A stretch of DNA of 16,097 nt from Thermoplasmatota archaeon (GTDB lineage Archaea > Thermoplasmatota > E2 > DHVEG-1). Below, piece after piece: positions 7,853 through 16,097 of this stretch. The notes beneath the pieces are model-generated. The model saw only the letters and a list, made by a program, of their open reading frames with translations, made no database searches and was not told where the DNA came from. The stretch covers positions 1-16,097 of the forward strand of contig JARYMC010000023.1 in the NCBI GenBank assembly GCA_029907305.1. Direction: 5' to 3'. Position numbers and translations under genes: made by a program. The stretch's first letter is position 1. Every line of letters starts with the position of its first letter.

Positions 7853-10678
7853 TTAATTGTTCATGGTGTTTTGATTACCAGCTATCTTTATTGTTACTGA
7901 TGTACCCTGCATCTGTAAGTTGTTGTTAACCTGGTTAACTGATATGGTTTGTACATAATTTACAATAATGTTTCTTGGGAAATACACATAGATGTTTGCT
8001 TCGTATTCATGGCCAGCGTAATCATGCGCAACAGCAATTATATGTCTCCATTGACTCTTCTCAAATGAACGATCACACCACCATTTATAGTTATTAGAAC
8101 CAGGTGGATCCGGGTTGTATACTCTAACCGGGCTCTCATAAGGTGGGCCAACATCAAATTCCACATAAGCAACTCCTGAGCCAACATCTGTTGCTGTTGC
8201 TTGTACCCAAAATCCTCCCTGTCCAGGTACATTTGCTCGATCTGGTGGATCCCAAATTTCACAGTACGGTGGGGCTTTATCGAGCTTTATGTGCTGTGGT
8301 CCCTGAGGTGGCTCAACGTTTCCTGCTTTGTCAACAGACCAATAGTAAACATCCCATTCTCCATACATAGTGTTTGGGTCACCTGTTGCATCTAAAGGTA
8401 TTTTTATGCCGTTGTCTTTGTTATATTCTTGAACTACTCCATCATCTATCCTGAAATACGTGTGATTAACACCTGAGCCATGCTGACCATCTGTTGCACT
8501 AAGCTCTATCTTTACATTTCCAATATACCAACCATTTAAACCCAATGGTCCTTCTATTTTACTTATCACTGTTTCAGGTGGATCTTCATCTAAACCAACA
8601 TAAACAACCTTCCATGAATCAAGCGTTGGCGTATAAGACGGGTTTGTACGAGTGAAATAAGCCTGTAAACGAATACCAGGATGCAAAACTGGGTCAATAC
8701 CTGATAGATCCTCGCCGTCACCAGCGTTAGAAATCAAAACTGTTACTCCATTGCTATCAAGTATGTTAAAAACTATACTACCAGCGTATTGTACACCAAA
8801 TTCATACCATGCAAGTAGATTCTCAGGGCTTATCACCTTAGAAGTAACCTGAGCTGTTAAAATCAGCTGTTTCTCAGTACCAATAGAGTATGTTACTTCT
8901 GATCCAGAGGGAATATTTAAATGCCAAATATTACCATAAACAGAGGGTAGAATTTGGTTAACAATCCTCTCGTCCTCCCATGTAACAAAAATCTTTCCTT
9001 CACCAACAGCCATATTCGCCCAGTCAGCATCAGCAGAGTTACTTGCAGAAAGCTGAACATCACCAGACACAACCTGACCATTAGAGAGAACAAGTTTACC
9101 AAAAATATCACCATTATTGTCAAATGAGACAAAAAATGATGATGACAAATAATTAACAATGTCAGTTCTCACAAAATTACCAGCTTTAATAATAAAATTA
9201 TTTACAATTGTGTTCCCAGAATAATCCAGTATCCTACCCCATACGTTACCCCACCAGTCGCCATCACTTATATCACCATCATTCCAAGTAACCAGGTAAC
9301 ATTGTGCTTCTGCAGAAAATTCCACACATGGGAAATTATAATCAGTATCAGAACTTCCAGTAGCAATAGTAATTGTACTACCAACTGGGTTTAAATTTTT
9401 ATCAAAAAGACCAGCTTTAATGCTAAAAGGTCCATTATCAGCTGTCAATCCTTCCTCCCATACAATCATGTATTGCTCATGTACAGGATCAAAAGCAACC
9501 CATGGTTCACACTGAGAATTTGCAGCAGTACAAATAGTTTTCTCAGAACCAACAGGATTACCACTGGTATCATAGAGTCTACCATAAATATTGTAATTAT
9601 TCATACCATTACGAGCATCCTCCCAAACAACACAAAAACGATTATTAACAGAATCAAACTCAACATTAGGGTCAGCCTGACAATTACTAGCAGTACAAAT
9701 ATCAATCACAGGACCAAGACCACCACTAGTTGTAACAGTCCTACCCTTAATATCCATATAAGTAGGATCAACAGGATGAGAAACACCATAATGCTCCCAA
9801 GCAACAAAAAACTTACCACCACCAAAATCAATAGACGGGTTCTCATTTCTAAATTGCAGAGGATAAGGTAAACCATCTGAAAATACTTCAAATTCAGATA
9901 CAACAACATTACCGCTACTATCAAACATAGTGCCCCTGATCTCTTGTCGAATAGGAACTACGGTTCCTTCTTCCCAAGCAACAAAAAACCTGCTGCTACC
10001 AAAAGCAACATCCGGATCCCAAGCACCCTCGACATTTAGTTTATTTGTTATCTTATAATCATCCCCCCACCTGTATTCCCAGGAAAAAACATTATCAAAA
10101 TTGCTTTCACTTGTAGCACTGGGGTTACCATAAAACAGGTACATATTACTAGTTCCAGTTTGTAAATAAGGTATTTCAACCCAAACAACAGCCTTGGTTG
10201 AATCATATGTTTCTATCCAGTAATCAAGCCAACTTGATGGTAAACTTTCATGTTTAAAACGAAGATCATCATAATCAGGCTGCATATCAGAATCATAACT
10301 AACATTAATTTTAACAACACAGTTGGTTATTGGACTCCCTGCGTTGTTTGTTATCTGAATTGGTTTCATCCTAGTCCAAGACGGATCAGTCCAGATAGGG
10401 TAAGTGTTTTTCATTTTAACATAACCATTTTCAATAACATAATTATCTGTTGCTCCAGCCCCAGGAGGATTTGGATCGATTTTTGAGGAATCATTAAAAA
10501 AATCTTTCCAATAGGAAACTCCTCTCCCATCTTTGTCTAATAACTCTATTGTTTTATTTTGGAACAAATTTTTTATGTCCTTTATTGGTTTATGATCAAA
10601 AGCCTGCGCTGCTGAAGAAGCAAGTAAAATAATAAATAATGCTACAGCAGCTATTTTCAAAACATTGTTTTTTTCCAT
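7853..10678 (-). CDS. Large secreted protein: DUF2341 (concanavalin-like) domain + seven-fold 'VAWED' repeat region (beta-propeller-like) + beta-sandwich + two Ig-like domains
   Basis: 941-aa ORF with signal peptide MEKNNVLKIAAVALFIILLASSAAQA and GGGGGT SD 5 nt upstream. DUF2341-like block is YDDLRFKHE..LDYWIETYDSTKAVVWVEIPYLQTGTSNMYLFYGNPSA (aa 104-198). Seven repeats span aa 218-587. The C-terminal Ig-like units contain GWYIGNVKIELSATDGQHGSGVNHTYFRIDDG and WVQATATDVGSGVAYVEFDVG. Confidence 0.9.
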   Translation of the reverse strand: MEKNNVLKIAAVALFIILLASSAAQAFDHKPIKDIKNLFQNKTIELLDKDGRGVSYWKDFFNDSSKIDPNPPGAGATDNYVIENGYVKMKNTYPIWTDPSWTRMKPIQITNNAGSPITNCVVKINVSYDSDMQPDYDDLRFKHESLPSSWLDYWIETYDSTKAVVWVEIPYLQTGTSNMYLFYGNPSATSESNFDNVFSWEYRWGDDYKITNKLNVEGAWDPDVAFGSSRFFVAWEEGTVVPIRQEIRGTMFDSSGNVVVSEFEVFSDGLPYPLQFRNENPSIDFGGGKFFVAWEHYGVSHPVDPTYMDIKGRTVTTSGGLGPVIDICTASNCQADPNVEFDSVNNRFCVVWEDARNGMNNYNIYGRLYDTSGNPVGSEKTICTAANSQCEPWVAFDPVHEQYMIVWEEGLTADNGPFSIKAGLFDKNLNPVGSTITIATGSSDTDYNFPCVEFSAEAQCYLVTWNDGDISDGDWWGNVWGRILDYSGNTIVNNFIIKAGNFVRTDIVNYLSSSFFVSFDNNGDIFGKLVLSNGQVVSGDVQLSASNSADADWANMAVGEGKIFVTWEDERIVNQILPSVYGNIWHLNIPSGSEVTYSIGTEKQLILTAQVTSKVISPENLLAWYEFGVQYAGSIVFNILDSNGVTVLISNAGDGEDLSGIDPVLHPGIRLQAYFTRTNPSYTPTLDSWKVVYVGLDEDPPETVISKIEGPLGLNGWYIGNVKIELSATDGQHGSGVNHTYFRIDDGVVQEYNKDNGIKIPLDATGDPNTMYGEWDVYYWSVDKAGNVEPPQGPQHIKLDKAPPYCEIWDPPDRANVPGQGGFWVQATATDVGSGVAYVEFDVGPPYESPVRVYNPDPPGSNNYKWWCDRSFEKSQWRHIIAVAHDYAGHEYEANIYVYFPRNIIVNYVQTISVNQVNNNLQMQGTSVTIKIAGNQNTMNN
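8918..10027 (-). repeat. Seven tandem repeats of about 50-60 aa (protein level) with core P-x-V-x-F-(x)n-F-x-V-x-W-E-[DE]-...-I-x-G-x-x-x-D-x-x-G-N
   Basis: Successive cores are DVAFGSSRFFVAWEEG, SIDFGGGKFFVAWEHY, NVEFDSVNNRFCVVWEDA, WVAFDPVHEQYMIVWEEG, CVEFSAEAQCYLVTWNDG, DIVNYLSSSFFVSFDNNG and NMAVGEGKIFVTWEDE. Each is followed by a [IV]xG..xDxSGN strand. Seven units suggest a 7-bladed propeller, which is inference. Confidence 0.7.
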
Positions 10679-10726
10679 CTTCTACCCCCTTTTTTTTAAT
10701 ATTTAGTTTATCTTGGGTTTAATTAT

Positions 10727-10800
10727 TTGATCAACACTGAAAAGTGTTAATCAAACTTCACCTCATCTTTGCTTGATTTTGTCAAGCAATATTATATATT
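10727..10800 (-). promoter_or_regulatory. Candidate promoter/operator of the 941-aa gene: TATA-like box plus two palindromes
   Basis: An A/T box lies at 10792-10800 (minus strand AATATATAA). A perfect 8-bp inverted repeat TTGCTTGA-5nt-TCAAGCAA at 10769-10789 overlaps the predicted TSS. A 12-bp inverted repeat TTGATCAACACT-gaaa-AGTGTTAATCAA (one mismatch) at 10727-10754 lies in the leader. Confidence 0.35.
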
Positions 10801-10969
10801 TGTGTTGTTTTTTATTTAAACATATCGAAATATATAATCATTTTTTGAACCTAAATTTCTGGGTTTTTTGAAATGAATGAAAAGAATGAGTTTAAAGTTT
10901 GTTATAGTTCCAAAGTTTTGTTTACGCCATTGAAGATTTATTTTTTCTTGTCAATTCTTATGTTAAAAT

Positions 10970-11563
10970 TCACCCATTGGTTAACATCATACTCATAGAC
11001 TGTTGCATCAAAATCTGTTCCTCAACTGACAAAGTATCCATGTATTGTTGTAATAACAACTGCTCATCAGCTGCCAAGGTAAGCATATACTCGTTCATAG
11101 ACTCACTGCTACCACCACCACCGCCTTTGCGAATCATAGTAATATCCTGATTATGTTTAACTGGCTGCGACGAAGTCAATCTCACAAATCTAAATCCAGG
11201 CAGATATTCATCAGGTTTACGAGCTATCACCAAGAAAAGCCCTATTGGAACATCAGTAAAAAAGTAATAACCATTTGCATTAGTTTTATCCGCTTTCTGG
11301 AAAGCAAAAGTTATCCCACCAATAATCTTTCCACCAATTAAAGTAACACTAGCACCTTCAACTGTTACAGCCCCGGTACCATTAAGTGGAAGACCATAAA
11401 CAGTACCATCAATAGAGATAGTACTAAGAGAAACCATAATCTTTTTTATAGCAGTTTGTTGCAAAGATGTTTTTGGTTGAACAACTAAAGCCATTAAACC
11501 AGGGCTAGCTAAGATTATACAAACTAAAACCAAGATAAATGTTGATACCGCTCTTTTTTTCAT
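10970..11563 (-). CDS. Small secreted protein with a carboxypeptidase-regulatory-like (CarboxypepD_reg) beta-sandwich and a Gln/Met-rich repeat tail
   Basis: Signal peptide is MKKRAVSTFILVLVCIILASPGLMA. IDGTVYG...VTVEGASVTL...KTNANGYYFFTDVPIGLFLVIARKPDEYLP fits the CarboxypepD_reg pattern. The track start at 11581 is a GTG lying inside the SD. ATG 11561-11563 has GGAGGTGA (11569-11576) 5 nt upstream, so I call the start at 11563. Confidence 0.8.
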   Translation of the reverse strand: MKKRAVSTFILVLVCIILASPGLMALVVQPKTSLQQTAIKKIMVSLSTISIDGTVYGLPLNGTGAVTVEGASVTLIGGKIIGGITFAFQKADKTNANGYYFFTDVPIGLFLVIARKPDEYLPGFRFVRLTSSQPVKHNQDITMIRKGGGGGSSESMNEYMLTLAADEQLLLQQYMDTLSVEEQILMQQSMSMMLTNG

Positions 11564-11708
11564 CTTCTTCACCTCCCCCACCTGTCCATAATAAAATTTT
11601 TTTGTTGCTACCGGCGGACGTAAACAACCTTTTTTTGTTATATCACCTCTTCCTCCTTAAACTTTATAAGTTTTTTTAGGAGTTTATAGTATAATATAGA
11701 ACACCTTC

Positions 11709-11716
11709 TATATAAA
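11709..11716 (-). promoter_or_regulatory. Candidate TATA box (TTTATATA) upstream of the 203-aa gene
   Basis: The minus strand reads AAAAAA-TTTATATA. It is the same octamer as upstream of the C14 gene. It implies a leader of about 120 nt, so it is less certain. Confidence 0.3.
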
Positions 11717-12044
11717 TTTTTTAGACCAATTATCCTATAACAGCCTATTTTTTACAGATAGAATCATCTCTTCAATGTAATTCATGATACAACTTACATT
11801 CAAAAAGAAAAAAATTTGAAGGATTTTAACAGCAAATATCCAAGCGATCTATCAATAACACAGACATAATAAAAAATTTCTCGCTTGAAATTATTCATTA
11901 CAAAAGAAAAACGAAAGGCTCATGTCCCTAAATCATCGGACAAAACGACTCACATAAGTCATCTTTCTACTTGAATCATGATCTGAGGAATCCTTCATGC
12001 TGTTTATATCTGTTAGTCAGATAATTCGTAGGGAAGAGAAAAAC

Positions 12045-12052
12045 AAAAAAAA
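12045..12052 (-). terminator. Oligo-T (T8) terminator of the rRNA operon
   Basis: The minus strand reads ...CACCTTACAATTCACAAA-TTTTTTTT-GTTTT, about 10 nt after the 3' strand of the 5S terminal helix. Confidence 0.5.
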
Positions 12053-12066
12053 TTTGTGAATTGTAA

Positions 12067-12300
12067 GGTGGCTTGACAGCGTACCAGGAGCCCCTAACTT
12101 TCAAGCAGTGGAGCTTACCTCATAAGACTCCCGAAGGAATCAAACAAGGCTCTCCACCTAGGCTAAGGGTTCCAGCCCCTTGCGGGGTAATCTTCCCATG
12201 GGCTCGCGCACCATAGTACCGAAGATTACGCAGGTGAGCTTAACTGCCGGGTTCTGGATGAGACCGGGTGTTTCCCCACCGCTTTGACCGTCAAACCACC
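12067..12300 (-). rRNA. rrf: 5S rRNA, apparently expanded (about 234 nt) by an internal insertion of about 105 nt
   Basis: The minus strand contains the 5S core GCGGUGGGGAAACACCCGGUCUCAUCCAGAACCCGGCAGUUAAGCUCACCUGCGUAAUCUUCGGUACUAUGGUGCGCGAGCCCAUGGGAAGAUUAC (about 12187-12283). The helix I 5' strand GGUGGUUUGACGG (12288-12300) finds its complement only at 12067-12079 (CUGUCAAGCCACC), not directly after helix V. End points are approximate; pairing extends to 12063/12305. Confidence 0.8.
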
Positions 12301-12334
12301 ATTACCCTAGAGTTTATGTGAAAAATTTTTTTTG

Positions 12335-12345
12335 TACGCAACCTG
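12335..12345 (-). other. 3' half of the 23S pre-rRNA processing helix
   Basis: TACGCAACCTG (plus strand) is the exact reverse complement of 15289-15299. Such flanking helices carry the bulge-helix-bulge sites cut by the archaeal splicing endonuclease. Confidence 0.6.
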
Positions 12346-15288
<2,943 letters not shown>

Positions 15289-15299
15289 CAGGTTGCGTA
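15289..15299 (-). other. 5' half of the 23S pre-rRNA processing helix
   Basis: CAGGTTGCGTA pairs perfectly (11 bp) with 12335-12345. Confidence 0.6.
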
Positions 15300-15445
15300 T
15301 GCAATCCATTGCACATTTTGCAATGGGACAATCATCGACTGAAATATATTTGCGAAGATACCAGTCTATGTCCTTACCATCTTATTCTCTGCAGAATAAG
15401 ATGGCGTTCTTTATATGAGCTAGTTATTTGAATGGAAAATCGCGA

Positions 15446-15517
15446 TGGACCGGATGGGATTTGAACCCATGGCCTCCTGCTTGCAAAGCAGGCGATCTTC
15501 CGCTGATCTACCGGCCC
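15446..15517 (-). tRNA. tRNA-Ala (anticodon UGC) in the 16S-23S spacer
   Basis: The reverse complement is GGGCCGGTAGATCAGCGGAAGATCGCCTGCTTTGCAAGCAGGAGGCCATGGGTTCAAATCCCATCCGGTCCA. The acceptor has the G3:U70 alanine identity pair. The anticodon loop is TTTGCAA and the T loop is TTCAAAT. Length is 72 nt with no encoded CCA. Confidence 0.95.
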
Positions 15518-15629
15518 AACCCTTTAACAAATAATTTTGTGTCAGTGGGTGAGCCAGTAGCGGTTAATATATTTTTTGTCGACGTATGTTTTTAGTGTTT
15601 TTGAACTACCCAACCATTTTTTTTATCGT

Positions 15630-16097
<468 letters not shown>

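Noticed and set aside
371-11341. Short ORFs (60-132 aa) antisense to, or out of frame within, the six real genes. Examples are 371-673, 989-1285, 996-1313, 2572-2817, 3648-4036, 5292-5543, 7512-7706, 8038-8395, 8917-9159, 9473-9871, 9706-9924, 10250-10486 and 11153-11341.
   Set aside because: Each is fully nested in a long ORF with clear domain homology. Their translations are low-complexity (I/N/T/R/L-rich) with no recognisable motifs or RBS. Such shadow ORFs are expected in AT-rich coding DNA.
11640-11665. The AAGGAGGAAGAGGTGATATAA motif (minus strand) upstream of the 203-aa gene, as a possible leader-peptide start.
   Set aside because: The SD-like sequence is followed by only GTG-ATA-TAA, a 2-codon frame. 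There is no plausible peptide, and it is probably fortuitous purine-rich leader sequence.
11998-12060. A 20-codon mini-ORF (MLFISVSQIIRREEKNKKNL) on the plus strand with GAGGA 7 nt upstream.
   Set aside because: It is very short and overlaps the rRNA terminator on the opposite strand. It has no supporting conservation or motif, and chance occurrence in AT-rich DNA is likely.
12187-12300. A normal-size 5S rRNA of about 120 nt ending right after helix V.
   Set aside because: The 15-20 nt following GAAGAUUAC (CCCGCAAGGGGCUGG...) cannot base-pair with the 5' strand GGUGGUUUGACGG. The only complement is at 12067-12079, so a canonical-length 5S cannot close helix I.

Overview
This is an archaeal window. 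The 16S 3' region carries the archaeal GCACACACCGCCCGTCA signature, the operon order is 16S-tRNAAla-23S-5S, neither tRNA encodes CCA, and one protein ends in a PGF-CTERM signal. Coding DNA is visibly AT-rich and the rRNA is GC-richer.

Layout:
- Plus strand: tRNA-Asp(GUC) at 157-229, then a secreted beta-helix/PKD/PGF-CTERM surface protein at 308-2137.
- Minus strand, 16097 down to 12046: the 3' 468 nt of 16S, tRNA-Ala(UGC), a normal-length 23S, a 5S gene and an oligo-T terminator.
- Minus strand, 11563 down to 2201: five genes that all encode signal-peptide proteins. They are a small CarboxypepD_reg-like protein, a 941-aa DUF2341 + seven-repeat + Ig-like protein, a C25 gingipain-like cysteine peptidase, a C14 caspase-like cysteine peptidase and an S8 subtilisin.

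Main observations:
1. The 5S gene can only close its terminal helix if it is about 234 nt long. That implies a structured insertion of about 105 nt between helix V and helix I.
2. The C14 and S8 peptidases are mechanistically unrelated but share a homologous C-terminal module of about 275 aa.
3. That module ends at a conserved Pro-Arg followed by a related tail. A weaker version is on the 941-aa protein. Both neighbouring clan-CD peptidases belong to families that cut after Arg/Lys. I propose a candidate, apparently undescribed, C-terminal processing or sorting system; this is inference only.

I saw no CRISPR array, transposase, integrase or rRNA intron.
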